A stretch of 64,000 nucleotides of DNA. It comes from Polyangiaceae bacterium (GTDB lineage: Bacteria > Myxococcota_A > Polyangia > Polyangiales > Polyangiaceae). A model generated the notes under the pieces. That model had not been told where the DNA came from, did no database searches, and was given only the letters and a program-made list of their open reading frames with translations. Each line of letters begins with the position of its first letter. Within the stretch, counting starts at the first letter, position 1. The translations under genes were made by a program, and so were the position numbers. The stretch spans positions 192,001 to 256,000 of the forward strand of contig CBDCTZ010000016.1 in NCBI GenBank assembly GCA_965222375.1, read 5' to 3'. This document shows, piece by piece, positions 10,606-23,571 of this stretch.

Positions 10606-11424
10606 GTGGCAGATTTCAAAAAGAAGGTGCGGCTGGGTCGCACGGGCCTCGAAGTTGGGCGTCTCGGCCTAGGCAGTTCCTACAAAGCCGGAACGGCAGC
10701 CTACGAAAAGGCCTTCGAGCACGGCGCCAACTACTTCTACTGGGGCTCGATGCGGCGCGATGACATGGGCCAGGCCATTCGAAATATCGCGCCCCGGCAT
10801 CGGGACGACTTGGTCGTCGTGGTGCAGAGCTACGCTCGGGCAGGCTTTTTCGTGAAGCTCTCCGTGGAGCGCGCGCTGCGCCAGCTCAAGCTTGACTACG
10901 CGGATGTGCTGCTTTTGGGCTGGCACAACTCGGCGCCGTGGGAAACGGTCATGGCCGGCGCGCGAAAGCTGGTGGAGAGTGGTCGCGTCAAATACCTCGC
11001 GCTTTCGAGTCATCAGCGGACCTTGTTTCCCAAGCTCGTCAGTTCCGAGATCGACGTCTTCCACGTACGCTATAACGCCGTGCATCGGGGTGCCGAGCGC
11101 GAGGTGTTTCCCGTCCTCGAAGGCAAACCCCCTGCAGAGCGTCCGGGGATCGTGTCGTACACCACCACCCGCTGGGGCCACCTTTGCGATCCCAAGCGTA
11201 CGCCGGCGGGTGAGCGCACCCCGAGCGGCACGGACTGCTACCGTTTTGCGCTTTCGGATCCCCACGTCGACGTCGCTGTCGCGGGCCCGGCGAATCCACA
11301 GCAGATGGACCAAGCGCTGCGCGCGCTGGAGCTGGGCCCGATGCCCGACGAGGAGCTGGCCTGGATGCGTCGCGTGGGCGACGGCATCTACGGCAGGGAC
11401 GCGACTAGCGGCGTGCGGGATTGA
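10606..11424 (+). CDS. Aldo/keto reductase family protein
   Basis: LGRTGLEVGRLGLG, SVERALRQLKLDYADVLLL and GRVKYLALSSH. Confidence 0.85.
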   Translation: MADFKKKVRLGRTGLEVGRLGLGSSYKAGTAAYEKAFEHGANYFYWGSMRRDDMGQAIRNIAPRHRDDLVVVVQSYARAGFFVKLSVERALRQLKLDYADVLLLGWHNSAPWETVMAGARKLVESGRVKYLALSSHQRTLFPKLVSSEIDVFHVRYNAVHRGAEREVFPVLEGKPPAERPGIVSYTTTRWGHLCDPKRTPAGERTPSGTDCYRFALSDPHVDVAVAGPANPQQMDQALRALELGPMPDEELAWMRRVGDGIYGRDATSGVRD

Positions 11425-11589
11425 CGGATGGAGTCTGCCCACTCGCGCTGCTTCCTGCCCTGCCTCGCGTGTGACAGCGCGAATGAGAAGGCGTCAAGCG
11501 TGTCGCAACGAAAGCCGGCGCTCCACGCGCCGCGTCCGGGTTTCGCAGCGCGCGAGCATGATAGCCGATTGTGCTACGCTGACGCGCCG

Positions 11590-12159
11590 ATGGTCTCGCC
11601 AGCACCTCGCCACCGCTACACCCTCGAGGACTACCTCTCCGTGGAGGAGATGAGCCGGGTCAAACACGAGTTCCTGAATGGGGAGATCGTTGCGATGGCC
11701 GGTGGGTCGCCGGAGCACGCTGCGCTTTCCGCGGCGATCATCGTCCTTCTGGGGCGCGAGCTCAGGCCACCCTGCCGGCCCTACAGTTCCGACCTACGAG
11801 TGCACGTTCCGACAGCCAACGTCTATACGTATCCAGACGCCGCTGTCGTGTGCGGTGCGCCAGTCCGCGACGCCAACTCGCCAACGCACGTCACGAACCC
11901 GACGCTGCTCGTCGAAGTTTTGAGCCCGAGCACGGAAGAGTACGATCGCGGGGAGAAGCGCGAGCAGTATCAGTTGCTAGAGTCGCTACGCGAGTATGTC
12001 CTCGTGGCGGTAGACCGTCGTCGGGTCGAGGTCTTCGCCCGTTCAGAGTCAGGCCCGTGGTCGCATCACGTATACGAAGCTGGTGCAAGCGCCGAGCTGC
12101 CGTCGATCCGCGTGACCATTGGCGTGGACGAGCTGTATGACACCGCGGGTCACGCCTAG
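11590..12159 (+). CDS. Uma2-family (PD-(D/E)xK) putative endonuclease
   Basis: YTLEDYL, KHEFLNGEIVAMAGGSPEH, YPDAAV, P.LLVEVLSPSTEEYDRGEK. The probable start is ATG 11590. Confidence 0.9.
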   Translation: MVSPAPRHRYTLEDYLSVEEMSRVKHEFLNGEIVAMAGGSPEHAALSAAIIVLLGRELRPPCRPYSSDLRVHVPTANVYTYPDAAVVCGAPVRDANSPTHVTNPTLLVEVLSPSTEEYDRGEKREQYQLLESLREYVLVAVDRRRVEVFARSESGPWSHHVYEAGASAELPSIRVTIGVDELYDTAGHA

Positions 12160-12246
12160 CCTTCGCCCATCGCTGTGCGAGAAGTTGACTCCACGCGCAC
12201 CCGTTCGCCCCGCCGCTTTGCGCGCCTTTCGGGCGGCGCTGGGCGG

Positions 12247-13017
12247 TCATGCCTGCGGCGCTTCGGCGGCCACGTGGAATTCCAGGTCCGCGAGCCCGGT
12301 GCAGCGCACCACGATGTGATCCCCCGGGCTCAGCCGGCCGACGCCCTCGGGCGTGCCCGTGAGCAGTACGTCCCCCGGCTCCAAGGTCATCACGGCGCTG
12401 GCGCGTGCGACGATCTGGGGCACGTCGAATACCATGTTGGACACGGGCGAACTCTGACGCAGCTCCCCGTTTTGAAACAGCTCCAGGGTGGCGTTGGCGC
12501 GATCGAATTCCGTGTCTAGCGTCGGCCCCAGAGGGCAAAAAGTGTCGAACCCTTTGGCCCGGGTCCATTGGCCGTCTCGTTTCTGCAGGTCCCGGGCGGT
12601 GACGTCGCAGGCCAGGGTGTAGCCGAAAACGTACTGCATGGCGTGCTTGGCAGAGACGCGTCGCGCTCGACGCCCAACGACCACCGCGAGCTCGCCTTCG
12701 TACTCCACACATTCGCTCTCGGGCGGCAGCAACACCGTGCCCCCCGGATCGAGCAGAGAAGATACGGGCTTGAAGAAGAACAACGGCTCTTTAGGTACCT
12801 CGTTGCCCAGCTCCGCGGCGTGCGCCCGGTAGTTTCGCCCGACGCACAAGATCTTGGATGGGCGGGCTGGCGCCAGTGGTGTTCCCATCGAGTGGGGGGC
12901 GCCTTCGAGCTCCCCGCCGTCCCAGGGCGCGTCGTCGAGCCTTTGCGCCGTGTCGCCATCGACCGCGACGAAAGTGTCCTCGCCGCTCATGCCACGGATT
13001 TTGGCAAAGCGTGTCAC
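12247..13017 (-). CDS. Fumarylacetoacetate hydrolase family protein
   Basis: KILCVGRNY..HA.E, FFKP, YEGEL, DVTARD, KGFDTFCPLGP and GDVLLTGTPEGVG. Confidence 0.93.
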   Translation of the reverse strand: MTRFAKIRGMSGEDTFVAVDGDTAQRLDDAPWDGGELEGAPHSMGTPLAPARPSKILCVGRNYRAHAAELGNEVPKEPLFFFKPVSSLLDPGGTVLLPPESECVEYEGELAVVVGRRARRVSAKHAMQYVFGYTLACDVTARDLQKRDGQWTRAKGFDTFCPLGPTLDTEFDRANATLELFQNGELRQSSPVSNMVFDVPQIVARASAVMTLEPGDVLLTGTPEGVGRLSPGDHIVVRCTGLADLEFHVAAEAPQA

Positions 13018-13058
13018 GGGATCACTATACTGCCTTGCTGCAGTGCTCCCGGAGGCGT

Positions 13059-13961
13059 TCAAAAGCCCTTCAGGATCCCCTCGGCGGCTTTCCTGGCCTT
13101 CTGGGCTTCAGCGGCCTTTCTGGCCTTCCGCGCTTGTCCCACAGCCTTCACCGCCTCACCATGAGCCTTCTGGGCTTTGCGGATTGCCTCCTGCGCTTTA
13201 GCACTCCCGAGCAATTCACCACGGAACAGCACTCCCGCACGGGAGTAATTGTCGCCGCTGACGCCGTAGGCGAGTTGGCTCCTAGCGCCGTCCTTGTCCA
13301 TCACCGTGGCCAAGCCCTTGTACTCACCCTTGTATTTGCAGTCGGCGACGCTGAAGCTGAGGTTGAAGGCGTTGTAGCCCTCGTGGGCCAGGGTGAACGC
13401 ACCCGTATAGGTGCAGCCCCGCGCGTCCTTGCCCTCGAACAGACCCTTGTCGTTGATCTTCATGGCGAAGCTCACCGCGCCCCACTGATCGGCGAGCTCT
13501 GCGAGGGTCACGGGACGATCGTATTCCGGGCCGTAGCTGAGCTCGAAGCTGCCGCGATCCTTCTGGCCCTTGAAGGTGCCCTTCAAGCTCTTGCCCTCGA
13601 CCACGTCGCCTTCGAGAGTCACGGTGTCTCCTGCGCGGTGGTTTTCGTAGCCGACTAGGGTTCCCGAAAGCTTGCCGTCCCTGTCCTCGACGCTGCCGAC
13701 CATCTGTACGCCGCCGTAGGTGACGAAACGCGCCTTTCCGTCCTCGGTCACGAGGCCGATGACCGAGCCTGCAAAGCGCTGACTCTTGAACTTGCCCTGC
13801 CACAGCCCACCGACCGGATTCTTCTTGGCTGGAGGCGCGGGGGCGCTCTCTGCGGTCACTGCACCCGACGCGCTTGGGGTCTTCTTTTCGTCGTTGGAGG
13901 ACAGTTGCTTGCAGGCCAGCAACGCAACGAACAGCGGCAAGATGCTCCAGGGTCTGCGCAT
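13059..13961 (-). CDS. Hypothetical lipoprotein with a beta-rich body and a Lys/Ala-rich repeat C-terminal tail
   Basis: MRRPW...ALLAC lipobox, typical codon usage, and a KAQKA/KARKAAE repeat tail. Confidence 0.7.
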   Translation of the reverse strand: MRRPWSILPLFVALLACKQLSSNDEKKTPSASGAVTAESAPAPPAKKNPVGGLWQGKFKSQRFAGSVIGLVTEDGKARFVTYGGVQMVGSVEDRDGKLSGTLVGYENHRAGDTVTLEGDVVEGKSLKGTFKGQKDRGSFELSYGPEYDRPVTLAELADQWGAVSFAMKINDKGLFEGKDARGCTYTGAFTLAHEGYNAFNLSFSVADCKYKGEYKGLATVMDKDGARSQLAYGVSGDNYSRAGVLFRGELLGSAKAQEAIRKAQKAHGEAVKAVGQARKARKAAEAQKARKAAEGILKGF

Positions 13962-14144
13962 GCCGTGCACTGTACACGTCAAGTCAATGCACGAAAACGA
14001 CCGCGCGGCTGAGTTCGAGAGTAGTGGCCCAGGAGGCCCCCAGGGAACCGACCCCCAAACAAACAAACGTTGAAGCGGTGCCCGCGTTCCGATCCTTCGG
14101 TGCCCTCCGCAGCTTCGTGACTCGCGACCTCCGAGATCCCCGTG

Positions 14145-17323
<3,179 letters not shown>

Positions 17324-17324
<1 letters not shown>

Positions 17325-18034
17325 TGGCGAAGGTCGAGCAAAAGGACGAGAAGCTTCAGGCCAGTGGGCCACTCACGGACTTGGCGCTGACACTGCCGAT
17401 CTTCATCGCGTACCACCTGGGCGTCGTATTCCTGCCCGTACGCAACGCCGCGGACATGGTCACCAGCGAGCTGATCGCGCTGAGCGACAACAACATGCTC
17501 GCCTACGGCGGTCTGACAGTCGCCATCGGTGCCGTGTTCGTTGCGGTGCTGTTGGTGCTCGGACGCGGTCACGCGCTCAAGTGGGAGCGGTTTGCCTTCA
17601 TTGCCTTGGAGGGCGTGTTGTACGCCGTGGTCATGCGCTTTGCCGCCGCCTACGTGGTGGGCCGCATGTTCCTGGCGGCTGGTAAGACCATGGACCCCTG
17701 GACCGGTCTGGTCATGTCCTTGGGCGCAGGCTTCTACGAAGAGGTTGCCTTCCGAGTGATCCTGTTCGGCTTGGGCACCAAGTTGGTGCTGCTGCTGTTG
17801 CCAATGCTCATCCCAATGAAGCAACGCCTAGTCACGATCGCCTGGGCGGTGGTCTGCGCCGTGGTGTTCAGCGGTTGGCACTACGTCGGCGCCTTCGGCG
17901 ACCCCTTCGAAGCCAAGAGCTTCGTTTTCCGCGCTGTCTGCGGCCTGGTGTTCACGGTGATCTACCACTACCGAGGCTTCGCCCCCGCGGTGTGGACCCA
18001 CGCCTTGTACGACATTTGGGTGCTGGTCTTGTAG
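17324..18034 (+). CDS. CPBP/CAAX-type intramembrane glutamic protease
   Basis: GAGFYEEVAFR, FSGWH and HALYD motifs. The ATG overlaps the upstream TGA. Confidence 0.85.
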
Positions 18035-18115
18035 GTGCGCCGCACGAGCGTGACGGGTTCGCCGTAGCCGTTCCCATCGCACAACCGTGACAGCTGTGCC
18101 CGGCTGGCACACCTA

Positions 18116-18432
18116 GTGGACGTGGGGACCACGTCATGGTCTGGCGCGGCATACCCTGGGCTTGTCATTGTGCTCGCCCTTCCGTTCCCGCTCACTGCCT
18201 GCGGTGACAGCGACACCGACGGAGGTGGTGGAAGCGGGGCAAGCGCAGGAAGTGCTGGAGTTGGTGCGACGGGCGGTAGCGCGGGAAGTGGCGGGAGCGC
18301 TGGAAGCGCGGGAAGCGGTGGCACCGCGGGGTCTCGGGCGACCAGGCGTCCGGGACGATCTACTGCAAGACCACCGGACTGGTGCAAGTCGAGTACACCG
18401 AGAACATCACCGCGAAACGCATCTCGAAGTAG
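18116..18432 (+). pseudogene. Probable lipoprotein remnant with internal deletion/frameshift
   Basis: Lipobox LTAC plus a Gly/Ser linker, after which protein-like sequence continues only in another frame (GVSGDQASGTIYCKTTGLVQVEYTENITAKRISK*). Confidence 0.45.
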
Positions 18433-18531
18433 ACGCGGGCGGCCGCGGGCCGCGCTGAGTGGTGTGGGGCAAGAGCCCGCCAGGCGCAAGCGTGGGTGCC
18501 TGGCGCGTCCGCCGTGCTAGTTTGCGCGCCG

Positions 18532-18906
18532 ATGGATGCCGCGACGGTGAGAGACGACAGCGCGGAGTTCACTGTCCTCGACTGGGTGGGGCTGGTGGTG
18601 GTGCTGTTGCCCGTCAGCTTTTTGCTCGCGTGGCCCTGGCTGCTAGCTCCTGCGTACCGCTCGATGTTTTCCGAATTCGGCGGTGAGCTACCTTTTCTCA
18701 CCGAGCTCGTCCTCTCGCCATGGCTACCGCTGCCACTTGCAGTGATCTCCGCGGGTCTAGTCGCGGGAGCGGCGCTGCGAGGTGCAAGTATCGGCAATCG
18801 ACGCGCTCTCGCGGTTGTGGCCTTCGTCGTCGCTCTTGTCGGAGTCGCAATGTGTTTCATTGGCGTGTACCTGCCGATCTTCCAACTGGCGGACGCGATC
18901 GAGTGA
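18532..18906 (+). CDS. Small membrane protein with PilC/GspF-like motifs
   Basis: Three hydrophobic segments, MFSEFGGELPFLT and a C-terminal YLPIFQL. Confidence 0.65.
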   Translation: MDAATVRDDSAEFTVLDWVGLVVVLLPVSFLLAWPWLLAPAYRSMFSEFGGELPFLTELVLSPWLPLPLAVISAGLVAGAALRGASIGNRRALAVVAFVVALVGVAMCFIGVYLPIFQLADAIE

Positions 18907-18973
18907 GGCGCTCGCCGCGATGTGGCTGGCTTCGCAGGCCTGCTCTCATTTGCTTTCGGTGGGCTGCTCGCTA

Positions 18974-20135
18974 TTAGTGCGTCGGTGGTGTGCGCGTAGC
19001 GTTGCGGGAGCTCTTCGACTTCGAACTCCGCTGGGCTTTTTCGAAGCGCGTCCAACGCAGCGCTGACCTGCTTGCGCTTGAAGCCAGACGTAATCAACGC
19101 CTTAGCGGCCTTCGAATGAGCACGTGCTTCCTGCAGCTTGCGCTCCATGTGCTCCTCGCCAAACTCGCGCCGCGCCGCATCTTGGTTGTGGGGCTTGCAT
19201 AGCAAGCAAAGGTTCTGCGCAGTGGGCGGACCGCCACGGGCATGCGGATCGACATGTTCCAAGGTCACGTAGCGTCTCTCGTTGCAACGTCGCCCGTGTT
19301 CATCTACGAAGGTGACGCGCTTCGTGATACCCGACGGGGTGCACTGATGGTCGTCACGGTTCCAAACCTCTCGAACCACGGAGACCGGCACGTGTCGTGA
19401 ACCCTCCTTGAGTGGCCTGCGTTTTCGCGGCTTGTCACTCACGACGCCCTGACGTCGCTTGGTCTCCTTTGCGATGAGCTCATCCAAAGCACGCTCAAAT
19501 ATTTCTCCCAAGTTTCCTGGTGCCACGGCATGGCTGAGCAAGTTCCGGGCATGCTCGAGCTTGGCATGAAGCTCCGCGCTGGCCGTGAACTCCACGCGGT
19601 AGCTCTGCGCCGAGAGCGGCCGCACCCGGCTCCGCACGCCGTCTGTTCGTTCGGAGGTGGCGCCATTCGCGGACTGAATGGCAGCCACTCGCTGGCTCGT
19701 TACGGGCGCACCCGTCTCAGAACCGCTTGCGCCGGTCCCAGGACCAGCAAAATCCGCTCCGAGCGGAGTGATGCTCGGCAGCACGTCCGGCCTGGGGAAC
19801 CATCGCGCGATCACCAGCTCGATTTCGCGTCGCGTCTTGCCTCGGGCTTCGGCGAGTAGCGGACCCGCGTTGTCTTCTGTCAGGTGCCCCGAGAGCAGAA
19901 ACAGCCCGGTCAGGTGGATGGACCCGCTCGTCAACTCGTCGATGATTTGCGGTAGCTCCCGATACAGACGCGCCACGCGCATTCGCTTGCGGGCCGCGTC
20001 TTCCGAGTAGTCAAGCCGTTCTATGCAGAACGTGTACAGCGAGGAGCAAGCTTCGCGCAGGAAGAGTCTTCGACGGTCGACTTCTGCCAGGCAGACGATG
20101 ACTTCGGCTATCGCCCGACGCTCCCGGGAGCGATG
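18974..20135 (-). pseudogene. Decayed DUF222-like/HNH endonuclease gene (myxobacterial repetitive family) with a RuvA-C-like tail
   Basis: LAEVDRRRL...CSSLYTFCIERL.YSE, RHVPVSVVREVWNRD..QC, EHVDPHARGG....NL.LLC..HN. No clean N-terminus, a 27-bp in-frame insertion, and an apparent frameshift near the 3' end. Confidence 0.75.
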
Positions 20136-20257
20136 ACGGCAGGATCCGGCACATCCCCAAGAACCCAAAAGCACTCCGCCTCAACCCAGGCCAGCTACGG
20201 CGCGTTTCCGTTTCGGGGTGTCGCGCTGGGTGGGCAGACTTCCGTCAACCGTCCGTG

Positions 20258-20378
20258 CGAAGCGCTCCACATCGCCCGCTCTCACTCACCCGCACCGCAC
20301 GGCGTGGACGAACTGGTCCACATCGCCCGAGCTCACTCGCTGCGCCGCACGGCGTGCACGAAGTGCTCCACGTTGCCC
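20258..20378 (-). repeat. Degenerate tandem copies (period about 51 bp) of the tlyA 3' end
   Basis: Copies at 20333-20378 (gene end, GNVEHFVHAVRRSE*), 20282-20328 (GDVDQFVHAVRCG*) and a partial copy at 20258-20277. Confidence 0.85.
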
Positions 20379-21070
20379 TTGGGGCCCGGGACGCGACAAG
20401 GGGCATCGCCGAGCACTTCGAAGCCCGCTCGTCGCACGCTCTCGAGGGCGGCGACAACGGCGGCCGCGCGAACCTCCGGATCCCGAATCACGCCCTTGCT
20501 CCGCGTTGCCTCTTCTTTGCCCACTTCAAACTGCGGCTTGATCAACGCAAGCAAGTGCTTGCCCGCTGGCAGAATTGAAGCGATGGCGGGTAGCAGTTTG
20601 TCGAGAGCGATGAAGGACGCATCCACGAGGACCAGGTCGATGGCCTCCGGAAAGCTGTCGCCGTTCAAGTGGCGCGCGTTCTGCCGATCGCGCACCACGA
20701 CGCGTTCGTCCTGCACCAGGCGCGCTGCGAGTTGGCCCCGACCTACGTCGACGGCGTAGACCTTGGCAGCTCCCTGTTGCAGGGCGCAGTCCGTGAACCC
20801 CCCGGTGGAAGCGCCGATGTCGACGCAGATCTTGTCCCGGCAGTCGACCCCGAGATCCGCGAGAGCGCCGGCCAACTTGTGTCCGCCGCGGGATACGTAA
20901 GGTTCTATGCCGCGGACTTCGAGCAACGCATCTTCGCGCAGCTGCGTGCCGGCCTTGTCGAGCTTGCGTTCTCCCGAGAAGACCTTGCCCGCCAAGACGA
21001 GGGCTTGCGCCTTGGCTCGGGATCCCGCCAAGCCTCGCTCTACCAATAGCTGGTCCAATCGCCGCTTCAC
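20333..21070 (-). CDS. tlyA: TlyA-family rRNA methyltransferase
   Basis: S4 domain RLDQLLVERGL, YVSRGG.KL, DIGASTGGFTD, D.SFI and LIKPQFE. Confidence 0.95.
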   Translation of the reverse strand: MKRRLDQLLVERGLAGSRAKAQALVLAGKVFSGERKLDKAGTQLREDALLEVRGIEPYVSRGGHKLAGALADLGVDCRDKICVDIGASTGGFTDCALQQGAAKVYAVDVGRGQLAARLVQDERVVVRDRQNARHLNGDSFPEAIDLVLVDASFIALDKLLPAIASILPAGKHLLALIKPQFEVGKEEATRSKGVIRDPEVRAAAVVAALESVRRAGFEVLGDAPCRVPGPKGNVEHFVHAVRRSE

Positions 21071-21948
21071 GGCACCGCCTGCACGGAAATGCCGGGGTGA
21101 AGGGCCTTGGCGAGGACGATCAGGCCCTCGCCGATCCTTGGTCCGGGCCGCAGCACGCGATCGTCATGCAGAGAGACGAAACGATCCTCCTTGACTGCAC
21201 GCAGCTCCCGGAAACCTGTCGTCTCCTTGTTCACGGTCTCACCGGCGTGACCAGATGCGCCGGTTGCGTCGACCAGTACGTCTGGATCCAATGCGAGCAC
21301 TTGTTCGATGCCGAGAGTCGGATAGCGTTTTGCACGAACCACGTTTTCGGCGCCTGCCAAGCGGAGCATCTCGTCGGCGAAACCGCCGCGACCTGCAACG
21401 ACGATGGGGCGCAGTCCAAACAGAAACAACGCCTTCGGGCGTTTGCGCCCAGTCACTGCTTCTTGAACGGCCGCTCGTTGCCGAGCGATTCGAGCTGAGA
21501 CTTCCCCTGCACCCTCGACAGCCCCCAATCGCTCCCCCAGGCCTTTGAGCATGGCCATGATCTGATCGAGCGTGTCCGTGTGCGGGAAGTAGCTCGTGAT
21601 CCCACGCTGAGCGAGTTGGTCCGCTATCTTGGGCCCCCCGGGCCCCTGAACCCCGATGACGAGGCTGGGTGAGAGTCCCAAGATGGCTTCCAGACTGGGA
21701 TCGATGAAGCCCCCGACAGAGGGCAGTTTGGCGGCGGCGGGGGGGTGGTCGCAGTATCGAGATCGGCCGACGAGCCGATTTCCGGCGCCGATGGCGAAGG
21801 CCGCCTCCGTGGTGCCCGGCGACAGCGACACGACGCGCATGGGGCTGGTTGCGTCCCGGACCTCGTTTTTCGCGGCAGAACGGCGTTTTTCGCAGGCTGC
21901 GAACAGCAGCAGCGGAATCGGGAGCAGCTTTCGCCGAGGGAGCCTCAT
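21067..21948 (-). CDS. Helical-backbone (BtuF/cobalamin or iron-siderophore type) ABC substrate-binding lipoprotein
   Basis: RVVSLSP..TE, LVGRSRYCD.P, VGGF..P..E.IL.L.P and RPGPR. Confidence 0.85.
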   Translation of the reverse strand: MRLPRRKLLPIPLLLFAACEKRRSAAKNEVRDATSPMRVVSLSPGTTEAAFAIGAGNRLVGRSRYCDHPPAAAKLPSVGGFIDPSLEAILGLSPSLVIGVQGPGGPKIADQLAQRGITSYFPHTDTLDQIMAMLKGLGERLGAVEGAGEVSARIARQRAAVQEAVTGRKRPKALFLFGLRPIVVAGRGGFADEMLRLAGAENVVRAKRYPTLGIEQVLALDPDVLVDATGASGHAGETVNKETTGFRELRAVKEDRFVSLHDDRVLRPGPRIGEGLIVLAKALHPGISVQAVP

Positions 21949-22118
21949 CTGCGAGGAAGATCCTAACCCAAACGGCGTAGATCGCGCCGTATCGACGGGT
22001 GCTTGTTCCTGGCTTCGAAAGGTTGACCTTCTCGGTGCACTAGGGCAACCCTACGCGCGCCCCAGCGGGGCGGAATCGCTTATCGCCAAATTTATAGGCG
22101 CTCTCTCGGAGGAAGCTC

Positions 22119-22904
22119 ATGAAGCGGATGTTCAATGTGGGTGTGGCAGCGACGGCTTTGCTTGCGGGCATGGCAGTCAGTGGAAACAGCTTTGCACAGG
22201 AAGTCGGTGCAGAGGGTGCAGTTGGCATGGGGTTACCAGGTGCGGCGCCAGGTGGGCCGGCTGGAGCCGCTCAGGGTGACTCGGACCATGATGCGATGAT
22301 TGGTCGTATCGGCGTTGGTTACTTGGGGCGCAGCCAGGTACCTCTTGGTGCAGCCGGTGCGGTGGGTAGCACGTCCGAGGATGCACCCATCATTGGCATT
22401 CGCTACTGGTTAGATTCGCTTTTGGGGCTGGAGGCGGGGCTTGGCTTCCTGAACACCGGTGGCTCGACAACCACGAACAACCAGAGCCAAGACAAGGCTG
22501 GCGTGACAGTTTTTGCAGTGCATGGTGGACTGCCGCTTTCGCTGTCGGCGGGACGGCATTTCTCTTTTCAGCTCACGCCGGAGGCAAACGTTGGGTTTGC
22601 GACCCGGACTACAACCCAGGGTACTGCCCCGAGCCAGACCGAGATCACTGATACGGGGCTTCGCTTTGACATTGGAGCACGTGTAGGTGGAGAGCTCCAC
22701 TTTGGCTTCATTGACGTGCCCGAACTGAGTATTCAGGGAAGCGTCGGAGCTCTCTTCATCAGTGACAGTCTCAAGACCGAGGTCAAGCCTCCTGCGGGCT
22801 CCACCGTGACCAACGAAGACACGACAACTACGTTCAGTACGACCGTCTACAACGACCCGTTCAAGCTATTCACTAGCAACATTGCCGTTTTGTACTACTT
22901 TTGA
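22119..22904 (+). CDS. Outer-membrane beta-barrel protein
   Basis: Signal peptide, alternating amphipathic beta-strands, C-terminal YYF, SD GGAGG upstream. Confidence 0.7.
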   Translation: MKRMFNVGVAATALLAGMAVSGNSFAQEVGAEGAVGMGLPGAAPGGPAGAAQGDSDHDAMIGRIGVGYLGRSQVPLGAAGAVGSTSEDAPIIGIRYWLDSLLGLEAGLGFLNTGGSTTTNNQSQDKAGVTVFAVHGGLPLSLSAGRHFSFQLTPEANVGFATRTTTQGTAPSQTEITDTGLRFDIGARVGGELHFGFIDVPELSIQGSVGALFISDSLKTEVKPPAGSTVTNEDTTTTFSTTVYNDPFKLFTSNIAVLYYF

Positions 22905-22929
22905 TCGATTGAGGCACCGGGAGGTAGGT

Positions 22930-23523
22930 ATGAGACGCAGCATTATTCTTGGCTCGACCGCATTGATCATCATTGCTTGCGGGGGCAAGGGAGAGGGGAC
23001 GGCTGAACCGCTGTCCGTGAACGGCACGCCAGCATCGCCCATCAGGACAGGCGCGCCCATCGGGGTACCTGGCACCAAGCAGCCTGGAGGCGGCACCGGC
23101 AATACGACCGGATCGGGTGGCATAACCGGTTCAGGCGGCGCAACAGGTGGTGACTGTATGAGTGCATGCGCAGCCCTTGCTCAACGCTGCGAACAGTCCG
23201 CAGAAGCTTGTGGGGAGTTCTGTAATCTTGGTCCCGACGTGCAGTGTTTGCAGACCGTAAGCTGTGAGGCAGTGGGGACGTGTGTCAGCACTGGCACTGG
23301 CGGCACGACAGGCAGCGGTGGCACACCGCCCACGGGTGGTGCTGGCGGTGTCGGAGCGACTGGTGGCACAAGCGGCGGTTGCACTCCCGCCGACAATTGC
23401 GCGAATTGTCCAGACCAGAACGCGGGCCCATCGGAGTGCTTCGAGGTTTGCACGTGCGCAGTCAGTGCTGGGATAGCGCCAGCGGGCACGGACTGCCAAG
23501 CTGCCTGCTTCGGCTCTGGCTGA
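22930..23523 (+). CDS. Cys-rich lipoprotein
   Basis: Lipobox IIAC, Gly/Thr linkers, Cys clusters, SD GGAGG. Confidence 0.7.
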   Translation: MRRSIILGSTALIIIACGGKGEGTAEPLSVNGTPASPIRTGAPIGVPGTKQPGGGTGNTTGSGGITGSGGATGGDCMSACAALAQRCEQSAEACGEFCNLGPDVQCLQTVSCEAVGTCVSTGTGGTTGSGGTPPTGGAGGVGATGGTSGGCTPADNCANCPDQNAGPSECFEVCTCAVSAGIAPAGTDCQAACFGSG

Positions 23524-23571
23524 CCTCCTCGGAAGTGGCGAAACTGCCGTTGGCGAGCCTAGCGTTCGCCA

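Noticed and set aside
18360..18973. C-terminal part of the 604-aa HNH ORF
   Set aside because: It is read-through after an apparent frameshift and runs antisense to the better-supported membrane-protein gene at 18532-18906.
21950..22118. Cobalamin riboswitch upstream of the BtuF-like gene
   Set aside because: I could not find the conserved B12-box/GGGAA elements, and the gap is short and shared with a divergent gene.
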